The translations under genes and the position numbers were made by a program. A stretch of DNA of 8,663 bases, taken from positions 1 through 8,663 of the IMG/VR virus record IMGVR_UViG_2671180854_000003; one strand, written 5' to 3'. Of the stretch, positions 1 through 7,449 are shown in pieces; the stretch's first letter is position 1; each line of letters opens with the position of its first letter. This DNA comes from a virus. Lineage: Duplodnaviria > Heunggongvirae > Uroviricota > Caudoviricetes. The notes below the pieces were generated by a model that did no database searches, had not been told where the DNA came from, and worked only from the letters and a program-made list of their open reading frames with translations.

Positions 1-411
1 ATGCCTGCCCCCGTCGTCCTGATCCTTGCGGCCGGGCGTGGAGAGCGCTTTCTCGCCTCCGGGGGAAATACCCATAAGTGTATCGGCTGGCGTCAGTCCC
101 CGGAGGTTGCGCCTTATCGCTGGCCATTTGAAGAAAACGGGAGAACTTTCGACCTTGCGATTGAACCGCAGATTACGACTAATGATCTGCGTCTGATGTT
201 GAGGCTGGCTCTTGCCGGCGGAGGAATAACAATTGCCACTCAGGAAACTTTCAGGCCATATATTGAAAGCGGTAAGCTTGTATCGCTGCTTGATGACTTT
301 CTTCCACAATTTCCGGGCTTCTATCTGTATTTCCCACAGCGTCGCAATATTGCACCAAAGCTCCGCGCCCTGATTGACTACGTCAAAGAATGGCGGCAGC
401 AATTGGCTTAA
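1..411 (+). CDS. yagP: LysR-family transcriptional regulator, C-terminal effector-binding portion only (136 aa; no N-terminal HTH in window); probably a truncated gene or pseudogene
   Basis: ORF at window edge; C-terminal tail ...IAPKLRALIDYVKEW is typical of LysR-family regulators; size and position beside a tRNA-Thr fragment match my memory of the yagP locus in E. coli K-12 (not verified). Confidence 0.55.
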   Translation: MPAPVVLILAAGRGERFLASGGNTHKCIGWRQSPEVAPYRWPFEENGRTFDLAIEPQITTNDLRLMLRLALAGGGITIATQETFRPYIESGKLVSLLDDFLPQFPGFYLYFPQRRNIAPKLRALIDYVKEWRQQLA

Positions 412-537
412 ATGTCTGCACCTGCACTGCCTGATGTCAGAACAGTATTTTGATGAATTGCCAAGGTTACAATGGCACAAATACGGCACAGGAGGAAACG
501 TGGTGTATTTAAATATGGGGTAACTCTTTGATTTTAA

Positions 538-583
538 TGATGCCGATAATAGGAGTCGAACCTACGACCTTCGCATTACGAAT
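538..583 (-). pseudogene. Partial tRNA-Thr(CGU) copy: anticodon loop through acceptor 3' end, no 5' half; integration-site (att) remnant of a thrW-targeting element
   Basis: Reverse complement of 541-583 reads AATTCGTAATGCGAAGGTCGTAGGTTCGACTCCTATTATCGGCA, which matches the 3' half of E. coli tRNA-Thr(CGU) as I remember it (anticodon CGT, T-loop GGTTCGACTCC); sequence diverges completely beyond 584; the CCA end reads TCA (one mismatch). Confidence 0.75.
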
Positions 584-1023
584 TATAAGAATCCGATTCT
601 AATTCAAAGCATTACCCCATCAACACTGCGCTCACACGTCCCGCCACATCAAAACATGTAAAGCCTTGCAAGCCATTGCGAGGCCTTATGTGTCTCAGTT
701 TTGTCCCACCTTGTATTACGACTTGCATAGCCAATGAAGATAAATGTGACGACAAACGGCGCAGCAGTCTTCTTTTCTTTCATACTTTCCCACACCCGGC
801 TTGCATACCTTTCTGCCATAACTATAGTGAATGTCTGTTATGAGAGAGAGACGGAAGTCCCCCACTTTATAAGTCAGTTAATGGAGAAATTACTAGCAGA
901 CGGTGTACTTGGAACAAGTTAATGGATTATAATGATAAATTAAGCATCGTTATGATTTGAAATACTTAATTATGCTAATATTGATGGAAGCAATGAATTT
1001 TAAGACATGCATAGAGTTATAAA

Positions 1024-3834
1024 ATGATAAATTTAAATCCACTTTCTTTTTCTGAATATGACTTGAACGAAATATTGAATGCCAGTCAAGATAATAAGTT
1101 AGTTCTTTTTATTGGTGCTGGTTTTTCTAAATTCAGCGAAACGGAATTAATAAAAATACCAACCTGGAGGGAGTTAATAAATGAGCTAAAAGACGACTTA
1201 GGATTGTCTGAAGAAAATGATTATTTAAAAATAGCCCAACTTTACTTTCTTCAATACGGACAAAACTCTTATGTTAAAAAAGTCAAATCAATAATTAGAG
1301 ATTTGAAACCAAGTTTTTTTCATAAGATGCTATTTGAATTAAACCCCCACTATATAATTACAACCAACTGGGATAGTTTGCTTGAAAAAACTGCACAAGA
1401 CATAGGATTGGCTTATGATTTAGTTAGTTCTGACGTGGACCTGGCACAAAGTCATTTGGACAAGAAAATTATAAAGATGCATGGGGATTTTCGACAGAAT
1501 AATTTTGTTTTTAAAGAGGATGATTACTTACAGTACAGCCAAAATTTTCCACTTATCGAAAATTTTATAAAAGGAATATTCTCAACAAACACTGTTGTGT
1601 TTTTAGGATACTCTTATAGTGATTATGATTTAAAACAGATTGTTTCATGGGTTACAACTATATCAAAAGCAACACCAAGAAAATATTTGCTCCAGAAAAA
1701 TCATGATGCAGCCCAGGCTCTTTACTTAAGAAATCATGGGATATCCTTGTTGACACCGATGAATACTGACATTAGCTATCATGATCTTTATTCAAAATTT
1801 TTCAGTGATTTCAAGCTTGTTAAAAACCAAGATGAGTTTATAAAGAGGACCCTGATCTATACTGAGTCAAAGGTAAAAAAAATAGAAGATGACCTGAGAA
1901 TGTCTGATTTTGATAAAAATAAATTGAAGAATGATATTCAATGTATTGTAACAAAAAAAATAAATAAATATGTTGATAGCAAACTAAAAGCATTAACACA
2001 ATACAAAGTATTGCTCCCTGAGCAGATCAGTAAAAAATTAACTAATAGTACCATTGATTATGATAAGTCTGGGGTTAAACTAACCTCCCACAATAATATT
2101 TTGACGACTGATTATGACGAGTATAGCAGGAAAATAAATAGCATATACCTTAATGACATTTTGAGTAAAAATACTCACTTAAAAAAGACATTCTCATCTA
2201 TTTTGGAAAAGGCATTTATAAATACAGTTAGTTATGACTCGAAACTGTATGAGGTGATTAGTTCTTCAGAATTAGAGTCTGAGCTATACAATAAGATTTC
2301 TTTCGCTTATTCAAAGGATAATGCTGAAATACTTCTTATTAACAAGGAATATGGCAAACTTCTCGATATTCTTATTTCGAAAGTAAAGCTTCATCTTAAT
2401 GAGAGAAACTATATTCTCGCCACCATTCACATGTCTAATTTTGATTATGCTTACAGGATGTTGAAGTCGGATTTACACTGTAACGGTAAGGACATTGATG
2501 AAGATTGTAAATCAATAATGGAAAGCCATACTCCATTTGAGTTTAAAAGTAAAACAATTGATTTTCCACGGGGGGTGCAAAGTGAGCTACAAGAATTAGT
2601 AAAGATGCTTGAATTTAATGAAATATACAAAGCTTACTATCGATTTGACGTTGAATCGAAGAAGAATTTAGGGTACTCACAAATAAGAAAGAGTGGTGGA
2701 ATAGCATTTTCCAATGATGAATTTAAAACAAGAGCGAAACTGTACCCTTATGTGTATTTCATTTTAGGCAACGAAATTTTAATTGAAGAATATAAAGAGG
2801 TTAAACAATTTTTCGAATTTAATATTCTTAGTAGCCTCGAACACTATCTATGCGAAGAGATATTCTATGTTAATAGAATCGATCTATTTATGTTAATAAA
2901 ATACTGCGAGACAGAAAAACTCAAAAAATTTTTAAGTAAGGTAATAAAAGACAAAATAATAATCAGCACCAGCAAACTTGACAAAAGAGAAGTTCACCAT
3001 ATTAAGAAATATTTACTCAACTCTCTCGAAAACATATGCAACCTGATTAGGTTGAAAAATAAAAATTTTATTCATACCACTTCAATAGATCGATGGACCA
3101 ATAATTTATTGATTATATTAGGATGTGTTCCGTGGAGTTCAAACCAGTTAAAGAAAATAATAAATGGTTTGCTTCCTTTGTTAGAAGGCAGAACTAATAA
3201 CATAAATATTTATGAAAACATACATAATCTTCTAGCTGTGAATGAGTTTTTGTATCAAAAATCCCATGATGATATGTTAAAAATCCTGGATGTAATACTT
3301 ATAAAAATCAATACAGGAGAGTTAAATGGTTATGACCAGCATGTAATTAACTCCAATATCTTACGAAACATTTACATATTATCAGAGAATCATAATTACG
3401 AATACAAAAACACTGAACTATTAACATTAGCGTTAACAAAAATACAATTATTTGATGATAAGTGGAAAAGATCCATCACTAAGAGTTTATTATTGAACAT
3501 CAAAAGGATTGGCTCTCCTGAGGTCGTTGACATTATAGACAAGTTTATTAACAGTAATATTTTAAACCTACCACTGGCAACAGTAAGCGATATTATGGAA
3601 TGTTTGCATTTAGTCGCAAGCGGATGTGCCATGCCTGATCAATTTCTTGAGGTTATTAACAAATTTGTTTCTGAAAACATCCCGAATAAATTAGGCGAGT
3701 TAGATTTCATTACAGCTGGTGTAGAAAGTGATTTTCCTAACTTAATTAAAAGCCTTATAAAGGATAGAGGCTTTGTTGAATTTCAAGACACATTGGACAT
3801 ATTCAATGAACGAATGCAATCTCTAAAAAAATAA
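1024..3834 (+). CDS. SIR2-like (sirtuin/NADase-type) domain protein, 936 aa: N-terminal SIR2_2-like domain (~aa 1-300) plus ~630-aa C-terminal region of unknown function; candidate single-gene anti-phage defence protein (DSR-like architecture)
   Basis: Long uninterrupted ORF; N-terminal motifs LVLFIGAGFS (aa 26-35), ITTNWD (Asn115, nt 1366-1368), KMHGD (His153, nt 1480-1482), VVFLGYSYSD match the layout of SIR2-type NAD-binding/catalytic motifs in ThsA/DSR-type defence proteins; no Walker A P-loop seen; gene is far more AT-rich (~25-33% GC on sampled lines) than flanks (~50-55%). Confidence 0.8.
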   Translation: MINLNPLSFSEYDLNEILNASQDNKLVLFIGAGFSKFSETELIKIPTWRELINELKDDLGLSEENDYLKIAQLYFLQYGQNSYVKKVKSIIRDLKPSFFHKMLFELNPHYIITTNWDSLLEKTAQDIGLAYDLVSSDVDLAQSHLDKKIIKMHGDFRQNNFVFKEDDYLQYSQNFPLIENFIKGIFSTNTVVFLGYSYSDYDLKQIVSWVTTISKATPRKYLLQKNHDAAQALYLRNHGISLLTPMNTDISYHDLYSKFFSDFKLVKNQDEFIKRTLIYTESKVKKIEDDLRMSDFDKNKLKNDIQCIVTKKINKYVDSKLKALTQYKVLLPEQISKKLTNSTIDYDKSGVKLTSHNNILTTDYDEYSRKINSIYLNDILSKNTHLKKTFSSILEKAFINTVSYDSKLYEVISSSELESELYNKISFAYSKDNAEILLINKEYGKLLDILISKVKLHLNERNYILATIHMSNFDYAYRMLKSDLHCNGKDIDEDCKSIMESHTPFEFKSKTIDFPRGVQSELQELVKMLEFNEIYKAYYRFDVESKKNLGYSQIRKSGGIAFSNDEFKTRAKLYPYVYFILGNEILIEEYKEVKQFFEFNILSSLEHYLCEEIFYVNRIDLFMLIKYCETEKLKKFLSKVIKDKIIISTSKLDKREVHHIKKYLLNSLENICNLIRLKNKNFIHTTSIDRWTNNLLIILGCVPWSSNQLKKIINGLLPLLEGRTNNINIYENIHNLLAVNEFLYQKSHDDMLKILDVILIKINTGELNGYDQHVINSNILRNIYILSENHNYEYKNTELLTLALTKIQLFDDKWKRSITKSLLLNIKRIGSPEVVDIIDKFINSNILNLPLATVSDIMECLHLVASGCAMPDQFLEVINKFVSENIPNKLGELDFITAGVESDFPNLIKSLIKDRGFVEFQDTLDIFNERMQSLKK

Positions 3835-3845
3835 AGCCACTGAGA

Positions 3846-3892
3846 TAGGGCTGCTCTCTGTCAATTACCGCTCTTGGCACATAGCAGCCCTA
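3846..3892. repeat. Perfect 10-bp inverted repeat (TAGGGCTGCT ... AGCAGCCCTA) with 27-nt spacer, in the gap between the convergent SIR2 gene and pin
   Basis: Read directly: 3846-3855 is the reverse complement of 3883-3892. Confidence 0.6.
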
Positions 3893-4054
3893 GAAATGGT
3901 GACGTATAGTCATAGATGGTCGGTGACAGGAGATGCAAATCATCTCATACAAAAATACGTAAAATCAATAACGGCTAGAAATTATTCAACACTCGCACTA
4001 TCGACATTTCACCAGCTAACCGTAGCACGTTCTTGCATACGACGTGCTACGGTT

Positions 4055-4609
4055 TCATTTATCTCCAACCGGAAACTTCTTATACAGTGTCGATATACCA
4101 ACATCATAGATGATCGCCACCTTCTGGCGAGGAACGCCTGATGCAATTAATCGCCCGGCCTGCGCCCATTGTTCTGGTGTAAGTTTGGGACGACGTCCCC
4201 CAATTCGTCCCTGTGCGCGAGCAGCTTCCAGTCCAGCTTTTGTTCGTTCAACAATCAGTTCTCGTTCCATTTCAGCCAGGGCACCCATCACATGAAAGAA
4301 AAAACGCCCCATCGGTGTGCTGGTATCAATAGCATCCGTCAGGCTGCGAAAATTAACGCCACGTTCGCGCAACTCCTCAACCAGAATGACCAGATGCCGC
4401 ATACTACGCCCCAGCCGATCCAGTTTCCAGACCACCAGAGTGTCACCTGCCGATAATGTCCTGAGCAGTTTTTTCAGTCCCGGTCTTTCGGACTTCGTAC
4501 CGCTTATCTTGTCTTCAAAAATCAGTTCACATCCTACACAGTTCAACGCATTACGTTGTAGATCGGTGTTCTGGTCATTTGTTGATACGCGAACATAGCC
4601 AATAAGCAT
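4055..4609 (-). CDS. pin: Serine-recombinase DNA invertase, Pin/Gin/Hin/Cin family (184 aa from ATG at 4609)
   Basis: Translation MLIGYVRVSTNDQNTDLQRNAL...VVWKLDRLGRSM...GRIGGRRPKL is near-identical in pattern to Pin/Gin invertases (catalytic Ser in YVRVST motif, C-terminal HTH); the ORF-track start at 4645 adds a 12-aa extension that homologues lack. Confidence 0.9.
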   Translation of the reverse strand: MLIGYVRVSTNDQNTDLQRNALNCVGCELIFEDKISGTKSERPGLKKLLRTLSAGDTLVVWKLDRLGRSMRHLVILVEELRERGVNFRSLTDAIDTSTPMGRFFFHVMGALAEMERELIVERTKAGLEAARAQGRIGGRRPKLTPEQWAQAGRLIASGVPRQKVAIIYDVGISTLYKKFPVGDK

Positions 4610-4635
4610 GGTAGATCCCCCAGGTAAAAGCAGGA

Positions 4636-4971
4636 ATGATGCCATTTGCTCGTTATTTCTGCATTTTCATAAACCTTGGTTTTGGAGAAGGTGCTAACTG
4701 GGTTATGTTACCTGGAGGAATGATAATTCAGCGTGTTTATCTTGGATTTCCTGTCGGCACCAATGTAAGACACATAACTTTCCCCCGGTCGTTTACAACA
4801 ACGAACTATTCCATCTCAATTAACTGGAATGATATCGGTACTGTAACAACTGAAACACAATCGCCAGCAAATGTGGCGGTTGTTCATCAAACAAAATCAT
4901 TAACAGGGGCCAGCATCTGGCAGGCAGGTCCCGGGGGATTTAATGTGGACATTATAGCGGTGGGGTATTGA
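4636..4971 (+). CDS. Alternative tail-fibre C-terminal cassette (Sv'-type), currently in the silent orientation; would be fused to the constant stf 5' part after inversion
   Basis: ORF encodes NLGFGEGA across the crossover site, mirroring ENLGLGEGA at the second site inside stf; followed directly by a tfa gene; the ATG at 4636 lies outside the invertible segment and is probably not a real start. Confidence 0.5.
   Translation: MMPFARYFCIFINLGFGEGANWVMLPGGMIIQRVYLGFPVGTNVRHITFPRSFTTTNYSISINWNDIGTVTTETQSPANVAVVHQTKSLTGASIWQAGPGGFNVDIIAVGY
4664..4689. other. Invertase crossover site (gix/hix-like), invertase-proximal: TTTTCATAAACCTTGGTTTTGGAGAA
   Basis: Quasi-palindromic 26-mer with AAACC-NN-GGTTT core resembling Hin/Gin recombination sites; lies ~55 bp upstream of the pin start. 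Confidence 0.7.
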
Positions 4972-4972
4972 T

Positions 4973-5401
4973 ATGTACGTATGGAGCGCTAAAGCAAATG
5001 GCTTTTTCCCCATATCGGAGAAAGAAAAATTTGAGGCATCAGGTCTGTGGCCTGATGATGGTGTAATAGTCAGTGAGGAAGAACATAAGAAGTTATTTAT
5101 GGATATTCCACCAGGAAAACAGATTGGAACACTGAATGGAAAACCAGCACTGATAGATATTCCTCAGCCGACCAAAAAGGAATTAATAGCTATTGCTGAA
5201 GTTAAAAAATCCCAATTACGGGAAAAAGCTGACAGTGAAATATCCTGGCGTCAGGATGCTGTTGATGCTGATATCGCAACTGATGAAGAAGCTACAACTC
5301 TCACCCAATGGAAGAAATACCGTGTGCTGCTGATGCGTGTTGATACGTCAACAGCACCCGATATTGAATGGCCTACGCCTCCGGCAGTTCAGGCCAGATG
5401 A
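4973..5401 (+). CDS. Tail fibre assembly protein (Tfa/Mu U-like), partner of the alternative cassette
   Basis: 142-aa ORF with C-terminal motif KKYRVLLMRVDTSTAPDIEWPTPP typical of phage tail-fibre assembly chaperones. Confidence 0.8.
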   Translation: MYVWSAKANGFFPISEKEKFEASGLWPDDGVIVSEEEHKKLFMDIPPGKQIGTLNGKPALIDIPQPTKKELIAIAEVKKSQLREKADSEISWRQDAVDADIATDEEATTLTQWKKYRVLLMRVDTSTAPDIEWPTPPAVQAR

Positions 5402-5966
5402 TATCCGGCGCGGTGCTGGTATCTGTTGCCGTCACCGCGTCAATGTAATCCAGCACGGCGTTAAGTCGGGTTGTTTCTGCCTGAGTCAGTTTCCGTCCGG
5501 CCTGTAATTTCAGCTGAATCAGACTAATGGAAGCCATTGCTGCATCAATCAGTGACTGGCGCTGTGCTTCTGCCGCGTCTACTGCGGCACTGTGTTGTGC
5601 CTCAGTGTCTGTCACCCATTTCTCACCATCCCATTTATCGTATGGCGTTAACGGTGAAATCGTGACATAACCGTCTTTGATGGCACCGATATAATCCACT
5701 GTAACAGCTGCGCCATTTTCGATTGAGTAAACAGTCTCATTGCGATGGTCTTCTTCATGGCGCCATCCCTTACCTGTAAATACTGCCACTCTTCCCGGAA
5801 TGTTTTCGCCAGGGTCAATACCAGTGGAACAGGCGGGCATACTTACGCCAGTATTAATATATTCATCAGACCAGCCCGTATACTCAGATGTTTCAGCATC
5901 ATAATAAAAACAACGCATATCGCCCGGCACTGTAGCCAGCCCATTTTCATCAAAAACAGGTTTCAT
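5373..5966 (-). CDS. Tail fibre assembly protein (Tfa/Mu U-like), partner of the currently expressed tail-fibre variant
   Basis: 197-aa ORF with C-terminal motif DTSTAPDIIWPELPEA; start overlaps stf stop (TAATG at 5964-5968). Confidence 0.85.
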   Translation of the reverse strand: MKPVFDENGLATVPGDMRCFYYDAETSEYTGWSDEYINTGVSMPACSTGIDPGENIPGRVAVFTGKGWRHEEDHRNETVYSIENGAAVTVDYIGAIKDGYVTISPLTPYDKWDGEKWVTDTEAQHSAAVDAAEAQRQSLIDAAMASISLIQLKLQAGRKLTQAETTRLNAVLDYIDAVTATDTSTAPDIIWPELPEA

Positions 5967-6712
5967 TATTTAGCCCTCACCAGAAAGTTAAATGCAATAT
6001 TTCGCGGTCTGACAGCAACAAAATTCACACCATCACCCACAGAGTTACTGGTGAAATTAAATCGTGAAAATCCTGGCTGATTTCCGGCGATGCCATCATG
6101 AAAGTTAATTGCGTGTCCCGCACCTTCGCCTATATTCCCGGCAAACTGAGAAAAGTTTGTAGCTGCCTGCCAGCTTAATAATTCGCGACCACCGTCTGCA
6201 CCTCGCCCGTCATCCCAGATACGAATGAAATCACCGCGGGCTTCAGGTAATACCAGCGAAGGAAACACTTTCGCCAGCACAGGATAATCAGTGGCAGAGA
6301 ATTTCGCGCCGTTGAACTTCAAAAACACCATACTGGACCAGCTGTCGATTACAGTATTTGGCATTGCAGCGGACGGCCAGAAGAACGGAACGCCAATAGC
6401 TGGAGCACCTTCTCCCAAACCAAGGTTTTCGAGAGCTGTTTTCACCGTGCCATCCGATTTGATATCGCCAAACGGATTCTTGCGGCTTAACAGCAGCGCA
6501 CGAAGCGCGGTAAGCAGCTGGTCGTGCCTCTCCTTCTCCAGGCTGGCACCGGATGCCTCCACCACGCTACAAAGCTCTTCCTGCAACATGTCAAAGTAGT
6601 CATCATCCAGATCGGTGGCAGGCGTGCCGGTCTGGGGGTTGCCACGGGTAAAACCGTTCTTACCCGCGCCGAACTTATCCTTCTGCGCGGTTTTCGTGTC
6701 TATGCGATGCAT
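5966..6712 (-). CDS. Short side tail fibre protein (248 aa): constant N-terminal part (outside the invertible segment) fused to variable C-terminal part (inside it)
   Basis: N-terminus [20 protein letters not shown]... and glycine-rich body typical of e14/Mu-type tail fibres; crossover site lies inside the ORF at aa ~93-101; followed by a translationally coupled tfa. Confidence 0.85.
   Translation of the reverse strand: MHRIDTKTAQKDKFGAGKNGFTRGNPQTGTPATDLDDDYFDMLQEELCSVVEASGASLEKERHDQLLTALRALLLSRKNPFGDIKSDGTVKTALENLGLGEGAPAIGVPFFWPSAAMPNTVIDSWSSMVFLKFNGAKFSATDYPVLAKVFPSLVLPEARGDFIRIWDDGRGADGGRELLSWQAATNFSQFAGNIGEGAGHAINFHDGIAGNQPGFSRFNFTSNSVGDGVNFVAVRPRNIAFNFLVRAK
6410..6435. other. Invertase crossover site (gix/hix-like), distal, inside stf: TTCTCCCAAACCAAGGTTTTCGAGAG
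   Basis: Its reverse complement matches the 4664-4689 site at 21 of 26 positions; central dinucleotide AA versus TT shows the two sites are in inverted orientation. Confidence 0.7.
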
Positions 6713-6715
6713 GGA

Positions 6716-7300
6716 TTACTCCGGATATTTAAAAATTACGTAGGTATGAGACGGACAGAGTTTGTTAAGCACACATTCGACAACGGTATCGCCCCAGATA
6801 CGCAGTGCGGAATCACAGGGATCGCCACATGTCATCCAGGTGGTGTTTGTGGCGGCTGGCATGTTGACCTGCCAGTAATACCGCCATTCCGGCGCATTCA
6901 CCGCGTCAGTACAGGCCGATGAGCAGGTGAACGTGCTTTTGTCGTATCGCGTGATGGTAGCGTCTGGTCTGCCCAGGGCAGCAAGCTGTGCAAGATAAAA
7001 ATTCTCGTTGATGCCGCCCGCCAGGTTAACCTTCGCATCCAGCCGTTGCTGACGCTGGCGAAGGGTCTGTGTCCCTGCGGGAATACATTCATCCGGCAGA
7101 CCGCACAGACGCTCCCAGCGGTTTATCAGTTCGGTGGTGGTGCGCGGATCCAGCTCCCGCATCAGGGCATCCGCACGCTGATGAACGCGGGTTAATGACG
7201 GTGCCGCACCGGCAATCGACGGATCGCTGGCTGACCACGCCGGACCGGGGGGCAACAGTGCCGACAACAGACGGATGTAATCATCGTTTGTCACGTCCAT
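6716..7300 (-). CDS. ymfQ: Phage tail/baseplate protein, YmfQ/DUF2313 family (Mu gp48 / P2 gpI-like position), 194 aa
   Basis: 194-aa ORF immediately upstream of stf with a 3-nt gap (translational coupling); sequence beginning [22 protein letters not shown] recalls the e14 YmfQ family (from memory). Confidence 0.7.
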   Translation of the reverse strand: MDVTNDDYIRLLSALLPPGPAWSASDPSIAGAAPSLTRVHQRADALMRELDPRTTTELINRWERLCGLPDECIPAGTQTLRQRQQRLDAKVNLAGGINENFYLAQLAALGRPDATITRYDKSTFTCSSACTDAVNAPEWRYYWQVNMPAATNTTWMTCGDPCDSALRIWGDTVVECVLNKLCPSHTYVIFKYPE

Positions 7301-7449
7301 GAAATCGTCCCCAGTACCGCCAGTTCATTTTTTGCAATGGAGATATTGTCTGCCGGTGCAAGCAACTGATGGCTGTATTCCCCGTTCGCACCGGAAATCG
7401 CCTCACTGATACGCGATACCTTCAGTTCTCCCTGCGGATATGGGCAGCT
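7291..7449 (-). pseudogene. Probable 3' remnant (~52 codons) of a baseplate-J-like tail gene, truncated at its 5' side
   Basis: Open frame on the minus strand from the Rz stop down to a TGA at 7291-7293 that overlaps the ymfQ start by 8 nt (typical tail-operon overlap); no start codon or 5' part present; identity as J-like is inferred from gene order only. Confidence 0.3.

Noticed and set aside
649-783. 44-codon minus-strand ORF (MKEKKTAAPFVVTFIFIGYASRN...) with a short hydrophobic stretch, possible small membrane peptide
   Set aside because: Too short to support without homology or expression data; no clear Shine-Dalgarno; could equally be noise in junction DNA
734-922. 62-aa ORF on the plus strand between the tRNA fragment and the SIR2 gene
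   Set aside because: No recognisable protein motif, no convincing ribosome-binding site, lies in a likely non-coding junction/promoter region; treated as a chance ORF
3396-3632. 78-aa ORF antisense inside the SIR2 gene
   Set aside because: Shadow ORF inside a well-supported coding region; AT-rich DNA readily yields such frames
1024-3834. Possibility that the SIR2 protein is an Avs/STAND-type or SIR2-HerA-type system
   Set aside because: No Walker A P-loop motif found by eye in the 936-aa sequence and no adjacent HerA-like ATPase gene; single-gene DSR-like architecture is the better fit, though only a profile search can settle it
3846-3892. Calling the inverted repeat a canonical rho-independent terminator
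   Set aside because: Loop is 27 nt and no U-tract directly follows the stem on either strand; reported only as an inverted repeat
3896-4141. 81-aa plus-strand ORF overlapping the 3' end of pin
   Set aside because: Overlaps the strongly supported invertase on the opposite strand; no motif support
4110-4598. Three plus-strand ORFs (61, 95, 93 aa) antisense to pin
   Set aside because: All lie inside the invertase coding region on the opposite strand; compositionally biased (Ser/Arg/Pro-rich) translations typical of antisense frames
4610-4645. 12-aa N-terminal extension of Pin (MASFLLLPGGST) suggested by the ORF track
   Set aside because: Pin/Gin/Hin homologues begin at MLIGYVRVST; the internal ATG at 4609 is taken as the true start
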